Assembly (NCBI GenBank): GCA_050248855.1
Contig: JBFWRP010000005.1
Coordinates: 1-64,000, forward strand
Direction: 5' to 3'
Length of the DNA: 64,000 nucleotides
Source of the DNA: Planctomycetota bacterium
GTDB taxonomy: Bacteria; Planctomycetota; PLA2; JAEUHO01
A program made the position numbers and the translations under genes. The first letter of the stretch is position 1; every line of letters begins with the position of its first letter. The notes beneath the pieces were generated by a model, which worked only from the letters and a program-made list of their open reading frames with translations, was not told the DNA's origin and searched no databases. This document shows positions 1 through 8,489 of the stretch, one piece after another.

Positions 1-76
1 GAAGAAGCTTCGCGCCATGGGATTCGACGTCGAGCTCAAGGAGGCCGCCACCGCTGCGTAGGGAGTTTCATTGCAG
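1..76 (+). mobile_element. Probable right end of an IS110-family element
   Basis: Transposase-like tail, then a short GGAGTTTCATTGCAG end that joins a 5'-truncated REP-like repeat exactly at CAG. Confidence 0.45.
2..61 (+). CDS. 3' end of a CDS running in from the window edge; probable IS110-family transposase C-terminus
   Basis: Frame 2 reads KKLRAMGFDVELKEAATAA* (TAG 59-61), resembling the '...L..LG(F/Y).V.L..AA' tail of many IS110 transposases; only 19 codons visible. Confidence 0.5.
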   Translation, partial: KKLRAMGFDVELKEAATAA

Positions 77-251
77 GCACCTTGCCCACGTTGCCGCTTC
101 GCGGCGCCGCGGCAAGGGTCCTGACACATCCGGGTTCGCTCTGATACCACAGTGCGCCGGCCAGCGAACCGCGTCCCCTGTGTGTCAGGCACCTTGCCCA
201 CGTTGCCGCTTCGCGGCGCCGCGGCAAGGGTCCTGACACATCCGGGTTCGC
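74..251. repeat. Two identical 66-bp palindromic REP-like units (74-139, 186-251)
   Basis: Exact direct repeat CAGGCACCTTGCCC...CCTGACACATCCGGGTTCGC; the intact copy forms a hairpin TGTGTCAGGCACCTTGCC / GGCAAGGGTCCTGACACA; AAGGTGCCTGA recurs at 21735-21745. Confidence 0.85.
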
Positions 252-264
252 GGCCCCGGGGCGC

Positions 265-1071
265 TCATCCCCCACCCCGAACCAGGCCCTCTTCGCAACG
301 GACGGGGCGCGGCGTGTCGTAGTAGGCCCGGCTGGCCGCACGTCCGCCGGGCGCCGGCGGATGCCAGAGGTGGACCACGTCGTTGGTGCCGTACAGCACG
401 GCGACGCGTGGGCGAGGGCGGAGCCGCATCGCGCGATCGCGCAGGTCGCTGTCCTCGCCCAGGCCCCAGGTGACGAAGCGTTCGTCGAAGCCGTTGAGCG
501 CCTCGAGCAAGTCGCGCGACCACGCCATGTTGAGGCCCAGGATCTTCGGGCGGTTGCGGCGGTGCAGCCATGTCCCCCAGCGGCTCTTGCGGGCCCGCTT
601 GGCCAAGTCCCTGCGGTCCTCGTCCGTGGCGAGGTCCTCGTAGGCGCCCGCGTCGACGGCAGCCTTGTCGAGCGCCGCGCTACGGACCTCGTCGAGCCGC
701 ACCGCGCCACCGACGGCGAAGCTCCACGGCTCGTGCGCGGCAAGATGCCGCTCGACGAACGTAGCGGGCGGGATGCAGTCGCCGTCGGTGAACACGAAGA
801 GCGACGCGTCGCGGTCGCGTCTCACGGCTTCGTTGAGGATGCGGTTCTTGCGGAAGCCCTCGTCGGCCTGCCACACGTGGTCCACGGCGAGACCCTGGGC
901 CTTCGCTTCCTCGCCGAACGCCGCCACGAGCTCCGCGGTCTCCGGACCGCTGCCGTCGTCGGCCACCGTGAGCGCGAAGTCGCGTGTCGTCTGCCGCAGC
1001 CAGCCACGCAACGTGATCTCGAGCGCGCGCTCCTGGCGGTAGGCCGTGACGACGACGCGCGCGCGCGGCAC
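265..1071 (-). CDS. Glycosyltransferase family 2
   Basis: VVVTAY, VADDGS, FTDGDC, NGFDERF..WG.EDSDL and HLWH motifs; GTG start just after the upstream stop. Confidence 0.85.
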   Translation of the reverse strand: MPRARVVVTAYRQERALEITLRGWLRQTTRDFALTVADDGSGPETAELVAAFGEEAKAQGLAVDHVWQADEGFRKNRILNEAVRRDRDASLFVFTDGDCIPPATFVERHLAAHEPWSFAVGGAVRLDEVRSAALDKAAVDAGAYEDLATDEDRRDLAKRARKSRWGTWLHRRNRPKILGLNMAWSRDLLEALNGFDERFVTWGLGEDSDLRDRAMRLRPRPRVAVLYGTNDVVHLWHPPAPGGRAASRAYYDTPRPVRCEEGLVRGGG

Positions 1072-1073
1072 GG

Positions 1074-3140
1074 CTACACGACCTGTTCCACGAGCGCCGC
1101 GAACGTGACGAGCGCCGCCAGGCCCCACCAGGCCGCGGGCCGCGCGCGTCCCGCGTAGCGCGCCACGCCGAAGGCCACGAGCGGAGCGAGCACGGCGGTG
1201 GCGACGGCGGGCTCGGCCACCCACCGCAGCGCGGGGAAAGCCGAGGGCAGCCACGACCACATGCCACGACCCCCGAGCTGACTGGTCGTGGCCACGAACA
1301 GCAGGGCGAGTGCTGCCAGGAGGGGCCCGCGGAAGGGACCGCTTGCCCGGCGCCGATCCACGAACAGGCCGGCGAGCGCGACGAGCAACGTCACCGGGCC
1401 CAGGCCCACGAGCAGCGCATCGATCGGGGCACCGTCCAGCAGGCCGGGGCCGGGGCGCCACCACGTACCGGGCGTGGGCACGGCGGACGCCGCCGACGTG
1501 GCGTCCACCGTCTCCCAGCCGCCCGCGGGCCAGGGGTCGCGTGCGAACAACGGCAGCAGGAACAGCAGGATCACGCCCGCGAGTGCCGCGGGGGCGGCGC
1601 GCACGGCACGCCCGAGATGGCGCCGCCGGTCGGCCGACAGGACGGCGAGCACCAGTGCCAGGGCCACCAGCCACCACGCGAGCGCGCCATGACCGGGAGC
1701 CGCGGCCATCTGCACGCCCAGCGCGACACCGGCGAGGCCGAGCCACAGGCTCGCTCGTCGACTGTCCGTCGGGCCGTCCCCCGAGGCCGAGGCCCACCAC
1801 CGTGCGAGCGAGCCGTAGGCCAGCGCGGCCAGGGCGATCCACCCCACGCCCGGCTCGGCGCTCTCCCACGCCATCCGCGCCAGGCCGAACGCCCCGACGA
1901 AGGCGCCCGCGGCGGCAGCGAGCGGGCGCAGGCGCGCCACGCCCCACAGCACCCACGCGAGCGCCAGCAGGTCGAGCGCGTGGCCCAGGACGCGCAGCAG
2001 GACGAACCGCGGCCCCGGCTCGAGACCGAGCACGCGCCCCGGCGTGTCGAGCGCGATCGTGGCCAGCGGGGCGACGGGGCCTTCGCCCGGCGACACGCCC
2101 GTCCAGCGGTCCACCGCGTCGATCGTGTGCGCGACGACCGCGGGCGGGCTTGCGCTCACGGCGGCACGCCCAAGCGGAAGCTGCAGCAGCAGGCCGACGA
2201 ACAGCGTGGCGACGAGCGCGAGCACGCCGCCGCGCCTCGTGGCGGCGGCAGCACCGACGCGCCCCAGGAACGGCGCGACACCGCGGGAGACACGGTACGG
2301 CACCGTCAGCAGCCACGCTGCCGCGCTGCGCAGCGTGGTGCCCAGGCCCGTACGCGCCGGCGGCAGTCCCAGGTCCTCGCGCACGGCGCCGAGGTATCGC
2401 CGCCCCTTTGGCGTGTACGGCGCGACGAGGTTGAACCAGAGCAGGTACACGATCGCCATCAGGCCATCGGCAACGCCGATCTTCTTTCCCTCCGCATAGG
2501 TGCGGCCGTAGTACGAGATGGGCACTTCGACGATGCGTACGGGGAGCTTGGTCACCAGGGCGGTGATCTCGACTTCCATGCCGAACGCACGGCTGGCCAG
2601 TCGCATGCGCTTCAAGAACGGCGCGCGGAACGCCTTGTAGCAGGTCTCCACGTCCGTCATGTTGTGGTTCGTCAGCACGTTGCTGATCGTGGTGATGCCC
2701 TTGTTGGCGACGTAGTGCGCGTAGTAGAGGACGCGCGCGGCACGACGCACGAGGAAGCGCGAGCCGTACACGATGTCGGCGCGGCCGGTGCGGATCGGAG
2801 CCACGACGTCGGGGATCTCGTCCGGGTCGTACTCGAGGTCCGCGTCCTGGACGATCAGGATGTCGCTGGTGGCCTCGTCGATGGCGCGTTGGATGGCGGC
2901 CGTCTTGCCGCCGTTCGTCGTCTGGCGCACCAGGCGCAGGCGCGGATCTCGGGCAGCGAACGTCTCCACGACGGCGGCCGTCCCGTCCTTCGAGCCGTCG
3001 TCCACCACGACGACCTCGTCGATGCCGGGGACCGCGAGCAGGCGCTCCAGGAGGGCCCCGATCGTGGTCTCCTCGTCGTACGCGGGCACGAGCACGCCCA
3101 GCGTCATCGACTCACTCCTGCCCGGATCCCGGCCCGTCAT
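1074..3140 (-). CDS. GT2 (polyprenol-phosphate glycosyltransferase, DPM1-like) fused to a multi-pass membrane domain
   Basis: VPAYDEE, VDDGSKDGT, QDADLEYDP, GSRF, TDVETCYK and EVPISY.GR motifs, then ~400 aa of hydrophobic helices. Confidence 0.85.
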   Translation of the reverse strand: MTGRDPGRSESMTLGVLVPAYDEETTIGALLERLLAVPGIDEVVVVDDGSKDGTAAVVETFAARDPRLRLVRQTTNGGKTAAIQRAIDEATSDILIVQDADLEYDPDEIPDVVAPIRTGRADIVYGSRFLVRRAARVLYYAHYVANKGITTISNVLTNHNMTDVETCYKAFRAPFLKRMRLASRAFGMEVEITALVTKLPVRIVEVPISYYGRTYAEGKKIGVADGLMAIVYLLWFNLVAPYTPKGRRYLGAVREDLGLPPARTGLGTTLRSAAAWLLTVPYRVSRGVAPFLGRVGAAAATRRGGVLALVATLFVGLLLQLPLGRAAVSASPPAVVAHTIDAVDRWTGVSPGEGPVAPLATIALDTPGRVLGLEPGPRFVLLRVLGHALDLLALAWVLWGVARLRPLAAAAGAFVGAFGLARMAWESAEPGVGWIALAALAYGSLARWWASASGDGPTDSRRASLWLGLAGVALGVQMAAAPGHGALAWWLVALALVLAVLSADRRRHLGRAVRAAPAALAGVILLFLLPLFARDPWPAGGWETVDATSAASAVPTPGTWWRPGPGLLDGAPIDALLVGLGPVTLLVALAGLFVDRRRASGPFRGPLLAALALLFVATTSQLGGRGMWSWLPSAFPALRWVAEPAVATAVLAPLVAFGVARYAGRARPAAWWGLAALVTFAALVEQVV

Positions 3141-3955
3141 CCCGAGAGCCTGCCATCCGCCCTGCCGGCGGGGGTCGTCCCGCCCAGGAGGTGGGTCGCG
3201 AGGAACGCGACCGAGAGCTCCGTGACGGCCTGCAGGTGCCCTGTGGGGCCGGGGAAGGGGTGCATGGCGCCAAACGTGTGGCCGGCCCCGTCGATCCTCC
3301 GCCCGTCCACGTGGGGCAGCGCCGACTGGATGCGCTCGAGGCTCGCCACGGGCACGCTCTCGTCCGCCGTGCCATGGACGGCCAACGTGGGCACGGGTCG
3401 CGCGACCGCCTCACCGAGCACGTCCGGCCGCTCGGCGGCCTCGAACGCCGGACGACCGACGGGCATGGCCTGGCCCGTGCGCGCGTTGGGGACGATCACG
3501 TAGCCGTTGCGACGGAGAGCCGCATCCTGCTCCGGCGTGGGGCCCGGGAAGGCGGCGACCGCCGCCCACGTGACCACGGCCCGCACGCGCGGCTCCCGCG
3601 CGGCGAAGACCAGCGCGTCGGCCCCGCCGCGACTGTGGCCCAGCACGCCGAGCGGGCCGGGGAGCGCCTCTGCGACCGCGGCAAGGTCTTCTTGGTGGCG
3701 TCGCGGTGTGTCCAGCAGGAAGAGGTCGAGCCGATCGAAGTCCTGCTCCTCGACCCCATTGTGCGAGAAGTCCACGACGACGGCGCGCAGACCGCGCGCG
3801 GCGAGCCGCTCCCCCACCCAGGGGAACGCCCCCCAGCGGCGAAAGCCCTTGAAGCCGTGCAGCACGAGCACGGCCGGCGCCGTGTCGGGACCGAGCACGT
3901 CGGCTCGCACGGTGCGCCCGTCGCTGCCGGGCACGGCGAGCTGCCGGCAGGTCAT
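3137..3955 (-). CDS. Alpha/beta hydrolase
   Basis: LHGFKG, GHSRGG nucleophile elbow, HGTADESV, GAGHTF; ATGA overlap with the upstream gene. Confidence 0.85.
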   Translation of the reverse strand: MTCRQLAVPGSDGRTVRADVLGPDTAPAVLVLHGFKGFRRWGAFPWVGERLAARGLRAVVVDFSHNGVEEQDFDRLDLFLLDTPRRHQEDLAAVAEALPGPLGVLGHSRGGADALVFAAREPRVRAVVTWAAVAAFPGPTPEQDAALRRNGYVIVPNARTGQAMPVGRPAFEAAERPDVLGEAVARPVPTLAVHGTADESVPVASLERIQSALPHVDGRRIDGAGHTFGAMHPFPGPTGHLQAVTELSVAFLATHLLGGTTPAGRADGRLSG

Positions 3956-5082
3956 CGGAGCTCCTCCAGCACGCCCTCGACGCGAGCGGCGACGTGCCGT
4001 GCATCGAAGCGGCGCGCGGCGAGCTCGGCGGCCGCCGCACCCAGGCGGCGGCGCTCCACCACGTCGTCGATCCATGCGCCGAGCACGGCGGCCAGGGCTT
4101 GGGGGGTCTCCTCGGGCAGGACCCGCCCCACGACGCCGTCCTCGACGTAGGAGGGCAGGAGCCCGCGCGACGTCACCACCGGGGGCACGCCCAGGGCCAT
4201 GGCTTCGCGCAGCGCCCGACAGGTCGGGTCGCTGCCCGGCACGAGGAACACGAAGCCGTCCCAGGCGGCCAGCAACGACGCATACGCCGCGCCGACCACG
4301 TAGCCCGGCTGGATCACGTGCTCCGCAAGACCCAACCGCGCGATGGGGTCGCCGACGACCTCGGCGCTGGCGGTACCACGCCCGGGCACGGCGAACCGGA
4401 ACGTACGCCCCGCCTCGCGCAGCTGCTTCAACGCATCCCACAGGAGATCGAAGCGCCGGTGCCTCTGGTGACGCGCGACGATGCCGAAGAGCGGCACGTC
4501 GGACGGCACGCCGTAGCGGGCTCGCGGTGCCCCCCCGGACGCGGCGAGCGCGCGCAACCGCGCCACGTCGAGCGGCGGCTCGATGACGTGGACGCGTGCG
4601 CGGTCCACGCCCTGCGGGGCCAGGAGATCGGACAGGCCCTCGGCGAAGGTGAAGACCGCCGCGGTTCCCCGTAGGGCACGACGATCCCGGCCGTCGAAGC
4701 GGGCCGCCGGACCGGCGAACAGGAGCCGCGCCACGGGCACGTCGCCGCGGGCGGCGCGGACCGCGAGGCGATGGTCGCCACGGAGCGTCGTCAGCACCAC
4801 GTCGGGGCGCCACAGCTTCAGCGACGCGCGCAGGCGACGGGCATCGAGGAGGTCGCGCCACGGAGCACCGTGCTTGGCCAGCCGGGGTCGTCCGGGCGCG
4901 TGCGCGAGGCCGCGATCCGTGGCCGCCTGGGCCGCGGTGTTCCAGGGCTCGGCGTGCGGAGGGACGACGCCCGTGTGCACGCGCACGTCGTGCCCGCGCC
5001 CCGCCAGGGCGACAGCCAGGTCCAGGGCAGGCTCCACGGGGCCGGTCCGCTTCCAGTTGCCCACGGTGACGAGGATGCGCAT
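3952..5082 (-). CDS. Glycosyltransferase family 4 (GT-B)
   Basis: MRIL N-terminus; EAMALGVPPVVT and EDGVVG C-terminal GT4 motifs. Confidence 0.8.
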   Translation of the reverse strand: MRILVTVGNWKRTGPVEPALDLAVALAGRGHDVRVHTGVVPPHAEPWNTAAQAATDRGLAHAPGRPRLAKHGAPWRDLLDARRLRASLKLWRPDVVLTTLRGDHRLAVRAARGDVPVARLLFAGPAARFDGRDRRALRGTAAVFTFAEGLSDLLAPQGVDRARVHVIEPPLDVARLRALAASGGAPRARYGVPSDVPLFGIVARHQRHRRFDLLWDALKQLREAGRTFRFAVPGRGTASAEVVGDPIARLGLAEHVIQPGYVVGAAYASLLAAWDGFVFLVPGSDPTCRALREAMALGVPPVVTSRGLLPSYVEDGVVGRVLPEETPQALAAVLGAWIDDVVERRRLGAAAAELAARRFDARHVAARVEGVLEELR

Positions 5083-5087
5083 CGGCG

Positions 5088-6707
5088 TCACTCGATGGGC
5101 TCGTCGACGACGAGGATCTTGCGCGCCAGGTGACGGCCCACCTCGCGGGCCGCTTCGCGCTCCCGCGTGCGGCGGTCCCCCGGCGCGGGCCAGCCCTGCG
5201 CGTAGCGGCGCCACCAGCGCAGGCGATCGGAGCGCGTGACCGCCACGGAGATCGAGGCCGCCAGCTGCGCGAGGTTCTTCCAACGACGTGCCGCATCCAC
5301 GGGTCGCGCGAGCAACCGGACATGGTCGGTGTCCACCAAGAGGAAACGCGGCGGGCGCACGCGGTCGTCGACCAACACGTTCGCAGCTTTCAGATCGCCG
5401 TGGTAGATGCCCTTTGCGTGCAGGCGCGCCACATGATCGGCCAAGGCGTCGAGCACACGCCGCAACGCCGCGCGATCGGCGGAGCGCGCCAGACGGCGGA
5501 CCAGATGGTCGAGTCGCGGAAAGGGGCTCAGGTCTTCGAGGAAGGTGAAGTGACGGCCCGCACCGCGGAACCACGCCAGCGGCCGCGCCGTGCCTACGCC
5601 CGCGACCTCGAGGCGGCGCGCGCCGACGTAGCCGCGCCGGTGGCGGCCAGGGGCAAGACGGGTGCGCAGGCGTCCGCCTGCGCCTCCATCGAGGGCCTCC
5701 TTCACGACGACGTCGCCGTGGCAGGTGATGCGGCTCTTGCGGCCGTCCTTGAGCACGCGGCGATCGCGCGTGCGGAGCGCGTCGTCGTGCTCCCCGACGA
5801 GCGCCACGAAGCGCTCCGAAGCCAGGGTCCGGCGACGTACGCCCTGCCACGGACGCGGGAGATCGCACGTGAACTGACTGCTCTCCAGGAGGCACCGCCG
5901 GGTACGGCTGGCCCGGCGACGCCGCTCCAGACGGCGCATGTCGTTCGCCACGCGGGCGTGCGTCTCGCGGACGTGTCCGGGGGACGGGGACACGCCGCAG
6001 GCTGCCCGCAGCACGCGGTGGCGACCGGCCGGGCCCACGGTGCCGATCAACCCGTGGAGGAGGCGCGCGATCACCAGGCTGCGCGAGCGGCGCGTGACGT
6101 TCGCGCCCAGACGCACGCGATGCAGGTCCGTGACGAGGAGCGGAGCCAGGCTCCCCGGCCCGCGCCCCACGAGGATGTTGCCCGGGTGAAGATCCTCGTG
6201 GACGAAGCCGCGATCGAGCAGCCCCCCCACCAAACGGCCGGCGCGCTGCAGCAGCGCTGCCGCCTCGCGGGGCGGCTGTCCCGCCAGCGCTTCGCGCAGG
6301 GTCACCCGCTGCTCCTCGAAGCGGGCGGCAAAGAACGCCAGACGCAGGCGCCAGAGCCCTCGTTGGACGCCGTACGCCCACGCGGGGGCGACGGGCACTC
6401 CGAGGCCGGCGAGGTAGCGCGCCGCGCGCCACTCGCGGCGCACGCGGGGCTCGCGCAAAGGCCCGAGAAGCGCCCGCCAGCCCTCGTCACCTCGTTGCAC
6501 CTTGAGCAACGCCGCTCCCACCGTGGGCAGCGACACGCGCGCCGCCAAGCGGTGGCGGTGCGTGCGAACGACGCGTCCGGCCCGCGCGGCCGCGAACGGA
6601 TCGGGGAGGATCGAGGTCGCCACGGCCCCCTCGACGCCCACGAGGGCCTCGCCCCGGAACGGGGCCAGGTGCCACGACGTGGACGCCCCGGGGACCGCCG
6701 ACCTCAA
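5088..6707 (-). CDS. LPS kinase (Kdo/WaaP/InaA family) with two kinase domains
   Basis: Two catalytic loops, HEDLHPGNILV..TDL and HGDLKAANVLV..VDTD; NLAQL..S....DRLR tail; TTG start uncertain. Confidence 0.75.
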   Translation of the reverse strand: MRSAVPGASTSWHLAPFRGEALVGVEGAVATSILPDPFAAARAGRVVRTHRHRLAARVSLPTVGAALLKVQRGDEGWRALLGPLREPRVRREWRAARYLAGLGVPVAPAWAYGVQRGLWRLRLAFFAARFEEQRVTLREALAGQPPREAAALLQRAGRLVGGLLDRGFVHEDLHPGNILVGRGPGSLAPLLVTDLHRVRLGANVTRRSRSLVIARLLHGLIGTVGPAGRHRVLRAACGVSPSPGHVRETHARVANDMRRLERRRRASRTRRCLLESSQFTCDLPRPWQGVRRRTLASERFVALVGEHDDALRTRDRRVLKDGRKSRITCHGDVVVKEALDGGAGGRLRTRLAPGRHRRGYVGARRLEVAGVGTARPLAWFRGAGRHFTFLEDLSPFPRLDHLVRRLARSADRAALRRVLDALADHVARLHAKGIYHGDLKAANVLVDDRVRPPRFLLVDTDHVRLLARPVDAARRWKNLAQLAASISVAVTRSDRLRWWRRYAQGWPAPGDRRTREREAAREVGRHLARKILVVDEPIE

Positions 6708-7507
6708 GCGCCCTCGTCGGGCTCCGGACGCTGCTGTTGGTGCAGGTCCCAGAGCTTGGCGTACTTGAGGAAGACGCTCGTGCTGGCAAGTCGCGCCAGG
6801 ATGTAGCCGGCCCGTCCGTCCAGGAAGCCGCGCCGGAGGACGTACATGCGGAAGAACCGGAAGCCGGGTCGCATCACGAGGTCCCACCACGAGGCGGCGC
6901 GACCGCGCTCGCGCTTCGCTTCGGCCGCCACGGTGCTGAAGCGGTTCATCTTCGCCCCGTAGTCGTCGAACGAGCGGAACGTGTAGTGCTCGAGGTGGCC
7001 TTCCGGCACGCGGACGATGGGGCCCGCCGTCTCCACGCGGTCGTGGGGATCGACGCCGGCCCAGCGCGCACGACGCCGGTCGAAGAGGCGCGAGCGCCAC
7101 TCGGGGTACCAGCCTCCGTGCTTGATCCAGCGCCCCAGGAACCAGACGCGACGCCTGACGGCGTAGGCGGCCGGGGCATCGGCGGCCTCCAAGGCGCCGC
7201 TGTCGCGGATGCGCAGCAAGGCCTCGCGCAGCTCGTCGTCGACGCGCTCGTCGGCGTCCAGCGAGAACACCCAGTCGTGCGCCGCCGCTTCCGCGGCCCG
7301 CTGCTTCTGCTTGACCCAGCCGGGCCAGTCCGTCTCCACCACCCGCGCACCTGCACGTCGGCAGCGCTCGACCGTGTCGTCGCGGCTTCCGCAGTCGAGC
7401 ACGACGATCTCGTCGCACCACGCAACGCTCGCCAGGCAGCGGTCGATGCGATCGGCCTCGTCCTTGGCGATGATGCAGGCGGAAATGGGCGTCGGACGGG
7501 CCGTCAT
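6704..7507 (-). CDS. GT2 LPS glucosyltransferase (WaaE/KdtX-like)
   Basis: ISACIIAKDEA, CLAS..WCDEIVVLD.GS.D.T, LDADE, HGGWYP, GFLDGRAG. Confidence 0.85.
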   Translation of the reverse strand: MTARPTPISACIIAKDEADRIDRCLASVAWCDEIVVLDCGSRDDTVERCRRAGARVVETDWPGWVKQKQRAAEAAAHDWVFSLDADERVDDELREALLRIRDSGALEAADAPAAYAVRRRVWFLGRWIKHGGWYPEWRSRLFDRRRARWAGVDPHDRVETAGPIVRVPEGHLEHYTFRSFDDYGAKMNRFSTVAAEAKRERGRAASWWDLVMRPGFRFFRMYVLRRGFLDGRAGYILARLASTSVFLKYAKLWDLHQQQRPEPDEGA

Positions 7508-8403
7508 CGGCTGCCCCGGGCACCGAGCGACGGTGCGGGCCTGGCCTGGCCGGTAAGCCGCCACCAGACGCCCTGCCAGGAGCGGCTTGTCGCGCGCCGG
7601 GCGCGCAGACGCTCGAACCACGATCGGGCTGCTTGGCGCGTGCCCGCATAGCCCTCGAGGAAGCGAAGCGCGGTGCGTGCCGACACGCGCACGCCCTGCA
7701 GGCCCAGCTTGTCGACGGCGCGAGCGAGCCGCAGCAAGTTGCCGAACCGCGCCGACTCCTCCAGCGGGCGGTCGTGGCTGCCGGCCTTGTCGAGATCCAG
7801 GACCAACACGCGCCCGTCGGCCGTCAGCAGGAGGTTCTTGGGGTGGAGGTCCGCGTGTCGGACGCCCGCGTCATGCAGCTCGCGCACCGCGCGGCCCGCG
7901 CGACGGGCGATCCGCGCGGGCGGGGGAGCTTCCGGCGGAAGCGACCCGCGCAGCCAAGCGGCCAGGTCGACGGAGCCCCCCTGCTCACGCGTCAGGAGCC
8001 ACCCCGTCCAAGCGACCCCGTGGCGGTGGATGACGGCGCCCACGGCCTCCACGACGGGAAGACGCAAGGCCCGGAGCCGGGTCAGGAGGACGAGCTCGAC
8101 CAAGGGCCGCCAGGGCCCACGAAAGCGGCTTCCGCGCACGCGCCGGAGCAGACCGCCCTTCTGCGCGGGACGGGCCAGGACGGCGCCTGCGGGGGTCTCC
8201 ACGCGGCGCAGCGGCGCCCGGCCACCCCGATCGCTCTTGGGCAGGGCCTCGGGTGCACTGGCGACCGCGCGCGCGGCGGACTCGAACCCGGCGGCGAAGA
8301 CGAGCACGTCCCGAGGCCCGACACGCAGCGCCAACGTCCCCGGCACGGCGTAGCGGCGGCGCACTGCCTCCGCCTCGCTCGACTCGCCGTGCCGTCCGTC
8401 CAC
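7504..8403 (-). CDS. kdkA: Kdo kinase-like LPS kinase
   Basis: GGR, KGGL, HADLHPKNLL, LDLDK and NLLRLAR motifs; start uncertain. Confidence 0.65.
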   Translation of the reverse strand: MDGRHGESSEAEAVRRRYAVPGTLALRVGPRDVLVFAAGFESAARAVASAPEALPKSDRGGRAPLRRVETPAGAVLARPAQKGGLLRRVRGSRFRGPWRPLVELVLLTRLRALRLPVVEAVGAVIHRHGVAWTGWLLTREQGGSVDLAAWLRGSLPPEAPPPARIARRAGRAVRELHDAGVRHADLHPKNLLLTADGRVLVLDLDKAGSHDRPLEESARFGNLLRLARAVDKLGLQGVRVSARTALRFLEGYAGTRQAARSWFERLRARRATSRSWQGVWWRLTGQARPAPSLGARGSR

Positions 8404-8489
8404 ACGGGGAGTATCCGCGCGAATGGCCGCGGGGGGGAGGATCGGCGTTGCGCGGGCCCGGCGCGGGCCCGGCGCGGGCCCGGCGCCCG

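Noticed and set aside
74..251. CRISPR array (two identical repeats with a 46-bp spacer)
   Set aside because: Only two units, 66 bp is too long for a CRISPR repeat, there are no cas genes, and a REP-like palindrome explains it better.
265..2316. 683-aa ORF as one protein (likewise the long N-extensions of ORFs 3137-5323, 3952-6432, 5088-7649, 7504-9213, 10268-13216, 13943-19267)
   Set aside because: The N-terminal parts are Arg/Pro/Ala-rich off-frame read-through overlapping real genes; starts were trimmed to coupled or RBS-supported codons.
8450..8486. 11-bp tandem repeat (GCGCGGGCCCG x3)
   Set aside because: Short GC-only slippage repeat after a stop codon, with no evidence of function beyond a possible hairpin.
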